A stretch of 64,000 nt of DNA from Podarcis erhardii (GCA_964252035.1 OZ176213.1), one strand, 5' to 3'. Positions 35,376-48,009 are shown, counted from the stretch's first letter. Program-made: numbers and translations. The notes: generated by a model from the letters alone, not told the origin.

Positions 35376-37327
35376 ATAGGGACTACAGATCTTTTCTTAC
35401 TCAACCAAGCACATGCTGTTATCATTGTATGTGGCGCAAGTAAATGCTGCATAGGGGGTTATTGATCATTTAAATGTCATCCCCAAACGTACACCTCAGC
35501 TTCTAAATATTAATAAATAAAAAACTATTAAGAGTAATTGCAATCCTGCTGATTCTCAACAACCAATTGTTTTAGCTCTATTATTATCTGCCTGTTCTTT
35601 AAACAATTTAGAAAGAAAAATGCAATTTTATATCGATCTTTTTTTCTTGTTCCATTAAAAGGAATTGATTTGCTTCCCTTGTATAGCATCAAGCTGAAAT
35701 TAACCTGACATTCACTGCTTGAGAAAAGAAGGCATATTTTGAAGAGGTTGGGGCCCCCATAGTGGTGTTGGTGGGTGAGAGATTCGGGAACATGCTTTTG
35801 TTCACTACAGGAAACTTTCAGGCTGATCCCAAGACTCACTGCGCTGGGAGATGAAATGCTAAGAGTAAGCTCTATTGAACACTCTCCTAGCGTAATCTCA
35901 CCCAGACATGATAACATGCAAATGCTGCCTCTAGGGGTGGGAGAAACCCTCAATTTTGGTTTCTCTCCGTTTCTTATTTTTTCCCCAACCATAAAGTTCT
36001 CCACATTTCCACATCAGTTTGTGATTTAAAAGAAGAAAAAGCCTCATGAAAATTCATCAGCTTTGTAGTGTGACTGTCTCCTGATGTACACATGACTTTA
36101 TGTGTACAAAGCAATCTCCTCTAATCTAAAAAAATATTTGTGTGTTATTTTCACTAAAATATGCATTTATTGAGCACATTTTGTACCCTTTCCTGGCTGG
36201 TGAACTGCATTGCAAACTTCAGAGGTTTGTGTGCCTTCTGAAGGATGGCTGTATTTTGACTCTGGTATTGTAGATGTGCTTTCACACACAAACATTCTCC
36301 TCCATCCGTAGTTATTGTTGCAATATTGTTGCCCGTAAACACACAGAAGCCAAATCATAGGATCTGGGTGCCAGATTTGACCACTCCAGCGGCATTTTGG
36401 TCACTGAAAGTTTATGATGAAACAGCCAGTTCTTGTAATGTAATCAAGTTTCGTTTTGGTTTGTTTGGCTTGGTGGTTTTCTACTTGTTTCTGCCAAGCT
36501 ATTCCCACTTGCCCCACACTCTCACTTCTGCTGATCACTGCTGCTTTGCCTACGCAGGTAGATTTCAAATGGGTCACCTGGTGTCATTGCAAACATCAGG
36601 TGATGGAGAGGTGGGAAGCCTTGCCCAACAGGGAATGGGGGAAGATAAGGATCAGGCCCACAAACAGAATCCATGATAATTCTCATTGGGAATATTGTAC
36701 ACAGGGAGGGGAGGTTGAACTCTCCCCCCCCCCCCATGCTACTATTAGAAAGGGGAGTTCTCACTGGCTCCAACTTCTTTTTTAAAATGCTAGCGTGATT
36801 CCAAATGGCATGCTCAATGTCACATGGAATCACTCATTTTTAGGACTCATTCAGATCTAGCACTAAACAAGTGGGACTGGGCAATAAACGATGGTTTGTT
36901 AAAACAAGAGAGCTTCATAAACCATCATTTAGCACCATATCTAGACAAGGTCTTAACACTGGCCACTGTATATTATATTTTAGTAGCATGATAAAACCCC
37001 TTTTCGGAAACCATCTTTCTGAGAATGGTTCATCCTCCTCCATTCAATGAATATTTTCTAACGTTTCCTAAGATAAAATGCCTCATATGAAAGAACAGAA
37101 ATTACAGGGGTCTCTGATGTCCTGCTTTAAAAGATATTGGTTTCTCATTAACAAAACTGTTACTCCCAAAAACAAACACCCAACCCATCAAGGAAGAGAA
37201 ACCTGTACCTCTCCAGATGTTGGGCTTCATTAGCCCCAGCCAGCATGTGTCAGGGGTGATGTGAGTTGGAGTCCAACCACATCTGGAGGACCAGAGGATC
37301 TCCAGATGTGGTTGGACTCCAACTCAC

Positions 37328-37429
37328 AGCTTATACCCAGAACAAACTTAGTTGGTCTCTAAGGTGCTACTGAACATTTTTTTTATTTTTTTATTTCTAC
37401 TGCGTCAGACCAACACGGCTACCTACCTG
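37328..37429 (+). mobile_element. Penelope-like element terminal fragment
   Basis: agcttatacc..aacaaacttagttggtctctaaggtgctactg...cagaccaacacggctacctacctg resembles squamate Penelope ends as I recall them. Confidence 0.6.
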
Positions 37430-39235
37430 CATTTATAGTTTGTTTTTTCATTAATAATCTCTCTGTGTGTTTGTACGTACATACATATTGTATCTATTTA
37501 CACATTTTATATTTATTGTGCCTACTTAATACATTTACTTCGTACAAAGATACAGTTCAAGGCTGCATTCACATGGAAATTTATTCCCTTTTCTTGATGT
37601 TTCCTTTATTACAATATGAACTTTCCCATGACCTAAAATCCACTTCCATAAATAGAACGGAATATAACACAAGTTTTGCAAATTTCTGTGTTGTTTCCAG
37701 AAAAAAAAATTCATTTGCAAATAGCACAGAAAATGGAGCATTAAACTTGCACTGCATTCCGTAGTATTTCCAGAAGTAGCTTTTACGTTGTGTGAAAGCT
37801 CAAAGTTCATGGCAAAACCCAATCCAAATGAAGAGATTTCCTCCTCTCTTTTGAGATCCTTCTGAGTTCTTTTGCAAGGCAGAGTGGGGTAAGACTATTT
37901 TTCCTTCTTAATTCAGAAATATTAAGTTCTGTCATTCTTGTTTTTATTGGTGTTGCCCTTGGGAACAGATTGCTAAGGATGATAAATTGAAGAAATTGAG
38001 GCTATATAAATAGAGATTTATTACTTGCCTGTCTAGTTTGTCTGTTTTCTAAAAATGAATCATTTCCCCCCCTCAAAAAAAAAAAAATAGGGGATCAACT
38101 AATGATTTCCAAACTCTCCAGTGTGCCCTCAGAAAATGTTTGCTACTGCTTAAGTCTGATTCATCTTTTTCTGGCACTCTAATAAAATTATAATGCTGTG
38201 GCTTGCTGTTGTTTTCATCTGTGCATAGAAAATTCCACTCTCAATTTTGGTAGCCCTAATGCTGGAATAATTTGGTTTGAGGATCACCTCTGAAAAATTC
38301 AAGGCTAAATGGGGGTGGGGGAGAGAGAGAGGAAGTGAATATATGTATTTGAAAAGAGATTACCAGGTCCTTGAAAAATACAGAGCCACAACTATTTTGC
38401 AGATCACTTTAAATCACTCCTCCCCTGAGATGGATGACAGCAGAATGAGGTACACAGGAGGAGAAAATTGACCCAAATCCTTATTCTGTGGAAAGCTCAG
38501 GAAAGCTCTAGGGATTTTGGTGCAAAAGCAGCAACCGTTTGCAACAGCTGAGAGAGTGGCAAATTTGTGAGAGGGAAGTAGTGATATCTTTGCTTTTCTA
38601 AGCCTAATTTTAGACTCGCCCAACCATGTGCACATACCTCGTCAGCTCCCTAGCCAGCTAGCAACATAAAGCTTCACATTCCGTTAGGTATTGCATGGAG
38701 TTTGCCAGCTAGCCTAATGGATCTTGCTCGCCCATAACGGCCGCCCTGCTAAGCATTCAGTAACTGACAGCTTCCTCTCAGAGATTGGAATACTTGTGAA
38801 CATTCCGTGACATTTCTGTTACATGACCTCAGCTAAGGTCTTCATGGGAGTCCTCCCCCCGCCCCATTTTCTTACTTCCCATTTAAAGGCAGCATGAGAG
38901 GAGAGGTAAGAGCCTTCCTAGCAGTGTTCAAAATTCTTCCTGATGTATAATCGGAATCTCCTTTCTTGTAACTTGAATCCATCGATTCGAGTCCCACCCT
39001 CCAGATCAGAAGAAAGAAAGCTTGCTCAGTCCTCCATGTGACACATCTTTAGATATTTAAATGTGCCTCTTGTGACTCCTCACAGTCTCCTCCAATCCAG
39101 GCTGAACATACCCGCTGCCTCAACCATTCCTCATAAGGCTTGTTTTCCAGGCCCTTGGTCTGCACACGTTCCAGCCAGATGCCTCTGCTGTTGGATTCCA
39201 GCTCCTGTTTTTCCTTATTTTAATAAATGTATATA

Positions 39236-39451
39236 CAGTGGTACCTCGGGATGCGAACGCGATCCGTTCCAGACGGCGCGTCTGCACGTTGCGTTTTGCT
39301 GCGTCCACACATGCAAATGATGTCATTTTGAGAGTCTGCGCATGCGCAAGCAGCGAAACCCGGAAGTAACACACTCCATTACTTCCGGGTTGCCACGGAT
39401 CGCAGCCCAAAAGTGCTCAACCTGAAGCACATTCAACCCGAGGTATGACTG
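39236..39451 (+). mobile_element. Tc1/mariner-class MITE, family B copy 2, 216 bp
   Basis: TA|CAGTGGTACCTCGG...CCGAGGTATGACTG|TA; shares aacccggaagtaa...ttacttccgggt core with the 16073 copy. Confidence 0.87.
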
Positions 39452-40008
39452 TAATGCTGAATGCCACAGTTTCTAAGCCAAACACAACAGAGGATGCAGG
39501 AGGGACACCACAGCAGAAAAGCAGTAGCAATGACTGGGGAAAACTTACTTTAAATGCCTGCTGAAATAAGTTCAAAGCATGGGGAAGTTCAGCAGGGAGG
39601 GAGTTTCTGATCTCAGCCTTGAGGGAATTCCACACACCCTGCAAAGATAAGTGTGTGGTGGATAAAGGCCAAAGAATGGGTGCCACAAACAATGACTCCC
39701 AAAGACCTCAGGCAGGGATAGAAGACATCAAATGGTCCTCAACATATCCTGGACCCAAGCTGCATTCAATGACAAGGCCCTTTGCAACCAGCCCTCCTGC
39801 CAACATAGCCAATAGTCAGTGCTGCTGCTCTGGGGAAAGTGAGGCCAGCGTCTTCCCTCCCAAGGCCATGTCTCTCATTGATGATTGCTTAGCCGGAAGG
39901 GAGGGGGGAGCTCCGCCTGCTGAAATGTGATCCGAACTCGTCCCCTCAGCCCACCCGCCCTGGTACAGCACTCTGCAGATGCCCTGACTCTGTTTTGTTT
40001 CCAAACAG

Positions 40009-40181
40009 GCAAAGCCAACCACAATGTACAGTGGGATGAGGACTCCGTAGAATACATGCCAGCAAACCCAGTCAGGATCGCATTTGTCTTGGTTGTTCAT
40101 GGCAGAGCTTCCCGGCAGCTGACGCGCATGTTTAAGGCTATTTACCATAAAGACCATTTTTATTACATTCATGTTGACAAG
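40009..40181 (+). CDS. XYLT1: Xylosyltransferase 1 exon 4, 173 nt, phase 1 to 0, start of the GT14/Branch domain; contains the DED (DxD-like) motif
   Basis: Acceptor ccaaacag|GC, donor AAG|gtaata. (G)[57 protein letters not shown]. Confidence 0.97.
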
Positions 40182-40736
40182 GTAATATATCACTGGTTAT
40201 AAATTGCCTGTCTCGCCACCTGTCAATCTGCCCCTCTCCATTGCTTTTGCCCATCTCCCTCCTTTTCCTTCGTCATCTTTAATCTCCATCTTTAATGTCA
40301 CTTATGGTGTGTGTTTCCCCCATACATCATGGTTTATGTATGTGTATCTTCAGCCTTTCCTCCTCTTCACTGTGTCCATCCATCCCTTTTTATGTATCCC
40401 AGGTCCATTTCTACCTGTAGTATGTGTACAATGCTAACTGATGAGCCGTTCCAGCAGGCATGGGGAACTTGAGGCCCTACACATCTCGGACTACAACTTC
40501 CATCAACCCTCACCATCAACCATGCTGGATGGGGTAGATGGGAGTTGGAGTCCAGGAACATCTGGAGATTCACCACCACCCCTGCCATTAAAGGCTCAGA
40601 TAATTGAAAAGAGCTTCAGTTCTCCCCAGACCAGATGGAAGAGAATTAAAAGGGGGCGTGTTCTTCTTGATGCTTCCACATTAGTGTACAATGAACAAAT
40701 GGATTTGGTCTGTGATAAGACTTGGAGAAGAAGGTG

Positions 40737-40739
40737 AAA

Positions 40740-40782
<43 letters not shown>
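40737..40782. repeat. (AAAT)11 microsatellite
   Basis: Direct reading; bracketed by aaggtg on both sides. Confidence 0.95.
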
Positions 40783-40860
40783 GGTGGTGCATCCTTTGCA
40801 CATCTACTCAGAAGTAAGCCCCATTGAGTTCATTGGGGCTTGCTCCCAGTTGAATGAGAG

Positions 40861-41262
40861 GGAGGGTGGCGCTGTGGGTTAAACCACAAAGCTTAGGACT
40901 TGCTGATCAGAAGTCGGCGGTTCGAATCCCCGCGACGGGGTGAGCTCCCGTTGCTCGGTCCCTGCTCCTGCCAACCTAGCACTTCGAAAACACATCAAAG
41001 TGCAAGTAGATAAATAGGTACCGCTCCTGCGGGAAGGTAAACAGCATTTCCGTGTGCTGCTTTGGTTCACCAGAAGCAGCTTAGTCATGCTGGCTACATG
41101 ACCCGGAAGCTGTACGTCGGCTCCCTCGGCCAGTAAAGCGAGATGAGCGCCGCAACCCAGAGTCAGCCATGACTGGACCTAATGGTCAGGGGTCCCTTTA
41201 CCTTTACCTTTACCTTTACCTTTACCTTTACCTTTACCTTTACCTTTACCTTTACCTTTACC
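40861..41262 (+). mobile_element. Sauria SINE, full length, with (CCTTTA)11 tail
   Basis: GGGTGGCGCTGTGGGTTAAACC...GGTTCGAATCCCCG head. 6-bp TSD tgagag at 40855-40860 and 41263-41268. Confidence 0.93.
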
Positions 41263-41442
41263 TGAGAGTGAGTCTGGTTGAACTCAGTGGGGCTTACTTC
41301 TGACTGAGGTGACATGCCTGGAATTGCACAGCAATTGTTGCTTTCGTTAGAATACTATTTTCTGTACAAACTCCCACTCAGAATTCTCTCTCTCTGTAAA
41401 ACAGTTTAATTGAAACTATTCCAAGAAATGTGTGAACTTCAA

Positions 41443-41478
<36 letters not shown>
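41443..41478. repeat. (TAT)n microsatellite
   Basis: Direct reading. Confidence 0.95.
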
Positions 41479-41479
<1 letters not shown>

Positions 41480-41769
41480 CTACTATTATTAATTAGTTGC
41501 CTTTCAGCAAACTCCTGTAGGTAACATTCAGGGTCCCCATTTTCACATAACAGTGAGCCACAAGGAGAAGCAAACCATGGTTTACCAAAAACAGAAGAAG
41601 CTGCCTTCTACTGAGTCAGCCCAGCGGTCCATCCAGCTCTATATTGTCTGCACTGATTGGCTGTGGCTCTTCAGAATTTCAGGCAGGGTACTCTTCCTGC
41701 CATATTTGGGAGATGCTGAGGATTGAACCTAGGACTACTGTGTGCAAAGCAGGTGCTCTACCGCTGAGT

Positions 41770-41885
41770 TAGAGCCTCCTCCACGAGAGGTCTGGAGGGT
41801 GACCACACCAGAACAGGCCTCTTCTGTGGTGGCTCCCCACCTTTGGAATGCTCTCCCCAGGGAGCCTCACCTGGTGCCTTCATTT
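41770..41885 (+). mobile_element. L2-type LINE fragment
   Basis: Translates REVWRVTTPEQASSVVAPHLWNALPRE (L2 'RAFSVVAPxLWNxLP' motif). Confidence 0.65.
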
Positions 41886-42034
41886 TTATTTTTAACAATA
41901 GTTTTTATTGGGGGGTTTTTTGTGTTACAAACAGGGAATGCTGCATCTGTTTTCTCCACTTTCAGTTCGTCGTCCTTTTCACGGTTCATTTGGTGAGAGA
42001 CATTTTTGTCATAGACACCTTACATCACCTTACA

Positions 42035-42640
42035 ACACAAACAAGCTGCCTCATAGTACAATTGCAAGTCTGGCAGGGCAAAGCCTCCACTTCCTTTTGT
42101 ATCTACTGAAATTTTATATTTAATGCTTGGCTTTCCCCCCTGCCAGATAAATTTTGGGGGGGGGGTCCATTATTTGAAGCAACTTGCATTATTTACCATC
42201 AGAATTGATTGGAATAAAATCAGCATCCTAAGAAGTACATTCATTTTAACAACTGAAATTCTACCTAGCAGGGGAAGTTTCATCCTTCCCCAGGTCTCCA
42301 AGTCTTTCTTAACCTCTTTCCCCAATTTAATATAATTGTTTACAGATAAGTTGAGGTTCCTTGCTGTCAGCCGAATTCCCAAATATTTGACTTTTTTACC
42401 TATTTTTAAACCAGACAACCTTTCTGAAACGTTTTTTCAACTGCTCATCCATGTTTTTAACCAACATTTTGGTTGTGTCTGAATTTATTTTAAAACCTGC
42501 CACTTCTCCAAACCTTTTAATTTCTTCTAGCACTTTGGGGACATTCTCTAATGGTTGTTCCAATGTTGACGCCACATCATCAGCAAATGCCCTTAATTTA
42601 TAGACTCTACATCCCACTCCAATACCTTAAATTCCCCTAT
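42035..42640 (-). mobile_element. Degenerate L1 reverse-transcriptase fragment
   Basis: YKLRAFADDV (RT catalytic DD), GFKINSDTTKML, VKYLGIRLT, LLGRISVVKMNVL, FIWQGGKP, GGFALPDLQLYYEAACLC; frameshifted. Confidence 0.85.
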
Positions 42641-43168
42641 TTCTCCTCATGTTCTGAAGCAATATTTCTAACGTCCAGATACAAACGGGGACCATTGGTC
42701 AGGGGTGATGGAGAGCTGGACTCCCAAAAATATATGGAAGGCCCCCGGATTCCCTGTGCCTCCATTCTAAGATGAATTGACAATTGCCTTGGACGCCCGT
42801 CATTCACAAAAGCAAAACTGAATACTGTAAATAGTTGGAGCTTCCCAAAATGAAGTCTGTCTCAGGCTACAACCCGATACACACTTGCCTTGGAAGAGGA
42901 CTTAACTTGTAAGCAAGCACATCTGGCATTCTATAGGGTTTTTTCTTTGCAATGGGTCAGTAAATGCTTTGCCACACGAAATGGAGAATATTTCCACCGA
43001 GCCTCTCTCGGTGCCTCTTCCCGTTCCATCTGCACTTAAGGAACATTGGAGGAAGATAATGATGGGGAACATGGCTGTATGGTTTATGCATGTGCAAATG
43101 TGTCAGAAGCCTTTTCATTAAATTTTCTCCTCCTTCTTGCTCCCCCACCCCATCCTGTTGCCTTAAAG

Positions 43169-43371
43169 CGCTCCAATTACCTGTACCGGCAAGTGCTCCA
43201 GTTTGCGAACCAGTATCCAAATGTGAAAGTTACTTCTTGGCGCATGGCAACGATCTGGGGAGGAGCAAGCCTTTTGACGACCTACTTGCAGAGTATGCAG
43301 GATTTAATGGAAATGAAGGACTGGCGGTGGGATTTCTTCATTAACCTAAGTGCTGCGGACTACCCAATCAG
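43169..43371 (+). CDS. XYLT1: Xylosyltransferase 1 exon 5, 203 nt, phase 0 to 2
   Basis: Acceptor ccttaaag|CGC, donor ATCAG|gtacag. [67 protein letters not shown](R). Confidence 0.96.
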
Positions 43372-46300
43372 GTACAGTGATTCACTCCTTTTGGAACTAG
43401 TTATGGTTTCCTTGTTATAAGAATTGCCTTGGCTGGATCTGACTTAGGGTTCTTCTAACCCAGTGATGTGTTTCCAGCAGTGGACAGCCAAATAGTTTCA
43501 ACAACCTTCCAAGAAGCAAGGCAGTAGTTCAGGCATGGCCAGCTTAAAGTATCAGCATTGTTATTTCAATATGTATGATGCTTTTCTACCCAGGTATGTC
43601 CAAAGTGGCTTACAACACGATAGCAAAAAAAATACATCTCAATGCATCATTACAGTAATAAGCAGTCTAATAGCAACTCATTTCAAAACATAACTTGACA
43701 ATCCAATTTTCTTTTAAAATCATTTGGATAATAACAACATTGTAACATTTAAAATTCATTATAGAATGGGCAATGATCATTAAAATGAAAATAAATTTGT
43801 ATATTTTTGTGCTGAAATATAGAAAACTAGAATAAGAAAAGATGTAACTTTTCAGTGCAGACAGGTATTAATAAATGGTATAACCAGGAGCCAATTCATC
43901 AAAAACACCAAGTGCATGAAATAGCATCCAGCTTGCTTATACAAGGGCTGCCAACCTGGCACCCGTGGGCACAGAGATGCTTCCAGAAGCCTTCCCTGGT
44001 GCCCAAAAAGATTGCCAGCCCCTTCCTCAGAGCCTGCAGCAGACGATCTCTCAATGTTCCACTCACTAAGGCCAAATCTGCACTATACATTTAAAGCAGT
44101 GTGATGCCACTTTAAACTATTATGGCTTCCCCCAGAGAATTCTTGGAGCCATAGTTCATTAAGGGTGGTGAGAGTTGTTTGAAGACCCCCTGTTTCCCCT
44201 TCACGTTTCCTAGAACTCCCTGGGAAGAAGGTTTAACTATTGAACCACTCTGGGTGTGTTTAGTGGGGGAAGGTGGAGTTTGACCTCCGCTTTGCTTGAC
44301 CTTGCTTTTACCCTCTACTTTGTCGGACATTACCTTGCTAGCACTTGACCTTTCTTTGACCAAACTTTCCTTGACCTGGTTCTGGAACAGGGCTGGTAGT
44401 ATGTGGCCGGATGTCCCCTGACTCTCCACCTAGTGCAAGTTCCCACTTGAGCTAGAATTCTGTCCTGCAGTTGAGGTCACCACCTGGGACAAAGCCAAAA
44501 TGTCTTATAAAGGACCCATAGCTTTGCATCTGTTTTGCATGCAAAGGGCCCCAGGTCCAGTAGGGCTTAGGAGAGATTCCCTCTCTGATACTCTGGAGAG
44601 CCCTTACCAGTCAATGTAGAAAATACCGAGCTTTATGGAGCATTGGTCTATGTTCCTAAAAATAAGAGCTAATCAAAAGTGGAACAATTCTGCCTTGGCA
44701 GGTTGGGTGCTGTTCTTTGATGAAGATATTTAAACAGATACTGACGGGGTGCTGTAATTGCAAACTCCCTGCATTGCAGATCCATAATAATAATAATAAT
44801 AATAGAATGCTAGGTGAGGTTGTTTAGAAAACCCCTTTATGTACTCCAGATGGGCTTGATAGACTCTTTAACTGCGAACAAGCTGATGGCTGGTCTTTAA
44901 GGAAAGGTCAAACCAAATAATATGCAAGTCAGGGGAGTTGTTTCGTACTGTCATAAGATGCATTTGCTTCTTAGCTCTTATCCAGAGTACAGGCTTCTCT
45001 CTGTTCTGGGTAATGAATTTCCCGGTAAGAAGGAATGTTCTTCTTGTTTGTTTTTAAACTGTACCCAGAGGTGCCCTAAGGTCGGAATCAAGGAGGTTGG
45101 TTTGTCCTTTCTGTTCCTGCCTACCCTCAAAGGGAGGAGGGTGGGGAGGCGGGAGGCGGGAGACATTAAATCTGGCAGCTTCGAGAAAAGCCACTTCTTT
45201 CACAGTGTCACGGTTGGGCTGTGGGCAGCAGTCTGGGGTGAGCTGGGAATAGGGGTGGAGGGAAAATCCTATTCAGTTTGCATTTAAAGGTGAGCCAACT
45301 GAATTTGCACTTTCTGGAACAAATAGGAGAAAAGAAACACAGCCAGCCTTCGCAATCTGCACTTCTCTGAATTTTGCAGTGCCAAATAAATGTTTACCAG
45401 AATGCATATGCTGGAGTAAAGCATGCATAAAAATGCATCTATTAATGAAAATAACACACACACACACACACAAATGAATTGCATGGGAGAAAGTTGTTTT
45501 GCAATAATGTGTATATTAGGAGAGGTTCGCGCTAAAATGCTGATGAATTTTTAAGAGTTGGGGGTGTGCTTTTTTTTTTTTTTACAAAAGCAAACTGATG
45601 TGAAGAACTTAAGACTGAGAAACAATGGGAAACCAAAATGGGCAGATTCACTCACCCTAGTTGGGAACCGACAGCTGTAGGGCAAGCTGGCAGCCAGAGC
45701 CAAAGGACAAGTGAGTCAGGATTGATGGTCCACAGAGGCAGGACCATAGAATAACAGATGCAGGAGCACACCTGAACTCAGGAAGACCATGTTGCTCAAA
45801 AAAGAGATGGGGAACCTTTTTCAGACTGAGGGCCACATTCTCTTCTAGGCTACCCTTCAAGGGCCACTTGCCAGTGGTGAGTGGGGCCAGATCCAAAACT
45901 GGGTGGAGCAATTGTTTTAAATTGCACAGCCTAAATGTCCTGCATCACCCCAGTAATCAGTCAACATTATTTGGCCATTGTGCAAGGATAAGTCATATTT
46001 TGACTACAAAGGCACTCTTCTCTGAACACCAGGAGTAATTAAAATGTCTGCCAAAGGAGAATCCCCACAAAAGCATGATGTTGACCCTCCCCCCCAAAAA
46101 GGGCATTGATAACCCACCTCTCAAAAAACATTGGTTCAAACTTTTCTTTTCAGAACTTTCTGTCCAGAATTTAAGACCATTGTGTCTAATAGCTGTATTG
46201 ACTAATCCTCCTGATAACAAGAAAAAAGCAAGACTAAACGATGAGTGTTTATTGTCTCAGTGAAACCACAGTGGACAGATTGCCTGACACCACTCTGTTG

Positions 46301-46619
46301 ACTTGAGTTGTTTGCTAAATGTGATAAGCAAAGCTGTAATTTACATTGAAGCGCTGCTGTTCAGCTTTCACACTAGCTTTGCAAAACCTTGAAGGGGAGA
46401 AAAGTTATTTTATAAAATGCAGAAATGATTGGATGCCTTGCGGGGAAAGTTCCCTAGTTAACCTAGCTGTCATAAAATAAAATAAAAAATGTAATGGCAA
46501 TGGGAAATGAATCCAGTTGGCTAGAGATGCACATTTCAAATGCTGTGCTTCCTTGTTTGCAGTATTCAGTGACTGAATGTGCTTTACTGAGTTAGGCTGC
46601 AGGCACAAAGCCAATGAGA

Positions 46620-47142
46620 ATCTGCTCTATTCTGCCTTGGTCAGACCCCACCTGGAGTCCTTTGTCCTGGGCAGCACAGTTTATGAAGGATATGGACAAG
46701 CTGGAACATGTGCAAAGGAGGGTGACCAAGATGGTCAAGGGTCTGGAAACCAAGCCTTATGAGGAACAATTGAGAGAGTTTGGTACATTTAGCCTCTAGA
46801 AGAGAAGACTGAGAGGTGAAATGATGGCCATCAAATACCTGAAATGATATCTGGATGATGGAGCAAGCTTGTTTTCTGCTGCTCCAGAGGGTAGGACCCA
46901 AACCAGTGAATTCAAATGACAAGAAATGAGATTCCGACTAAACGTTAGGAAGATCTTTCTGATGGTAAGAGCTGTTCAGCAGTGGAATAGAGTACTTTGG
47001 AAGGTGATGGACTCTTCCTTCATTGGAGGTTTTTAAACAGGTTGAATGGCCATCGGTCAGGGAGTGTTTAGCTGTGATGGCTCCATTGCAGGAAGTTGGA
47101 TTAGATTACCCTTGGAGTCCCTTCTCACTCTACAATTCTATT
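46620..47142 (+). mobile_element. CR1 LINE 3' end (RT C-terminus plus UTR), degenerate
   Basis: [11 protein letters not shown]...[43 protein letters not shown]; tail ctctacaattctatt. Confidence 0.87.
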
Positions 47143-47384
47143 CTAACTGGTCTGCTCCCCTCACTAACCTCCTAGCAAGCTGATATATGGATTTTCACCT
47201 ACCACCTTAAAGAAGGAACATCAGGTAGCTGTTGGTGGATCAGCCTAGGACGAGGCAATCTGGGTTCAGTCCCCACTCATCCACGAAGCTTACTGGGCAT
47301 ACATGAGTTAGACAACACTAATTTAACACTCTCTCACTTGATGACATCCTAGAATTCCATGTTCAGCCTGTACATTTGTCCATC

Positions 47385-47815
47385 AACACCCCAGAGAAAA
47401 CAGACTTTACACAAAGCTGGAGAAGTGTGCTTTTGGCCTGACCCAAGTTGAATTTGAGGGGTTGTTACCACCCCCAAGTCATTAAAATTGATCCCCAAAA
47501 AGTTCAGGCTGTCCACACCAAGAATTGTGAAGGTGCCCAACATTTACCTGGCTTCACAGATTATTACTGGTGCTTTATCCTCAAATTTGCCACAATATTC
47601 ATTTCATTGACAGATTTGTTGTGAAGTCAGTCCATCTTCGACTGGGCCCCTGCAGCTCAAAGTGCTTTTCTCAACCTCAAACAGGAGTTCACCATGGCAT
47701 CTATGCTTGTCAACTCAGATCAGACAGAACCATTCATTTCCAATGCCTCCACTGTGGTTGTTGGGGCAGTCTTACACCAATCTCAACTTCTCCATCCATG
47801 TACATGTTTTTTCTT
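47385..47815 (+). mobile_element. Ty3/Gypsy pol relic (RT C-terminus to RNase H connection)
   Basis: Hand translation across frameshifts: RENRLYTKLEKCAFGLTQVEF..IKIDPQKVQAV..GFTDYYWCFILKFA..LTDLL*..FDWAPAAQSAFLNLKQEFT..EPF..NASTVVVGAVLHQ..LHPC. Confidence 0.75.
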
Positions 47816-48009
47816 GAGAACTGCCCCCCCCCCCACAGAATGCATCTTGCTTGTAGAAATGTGTGCATTAGTCAAAACTGCATATTGAAAATGTGATTAT
47901 TTGCACTAAAATGCTGATGAACTTCCATGAGGATTCTTTAGAAAAGAAAAGAAAGTATAAATGGCTGCAAAATGTGGACAGCTGAATTTAAGATTCGGGA
48001 GGGGGGATT

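Noticed and set aside
35528-36004. 158-aa minus-strand ORF
   Set aside because: No recognisable domain or splice context, and it begins inside an old dispersed repeat.
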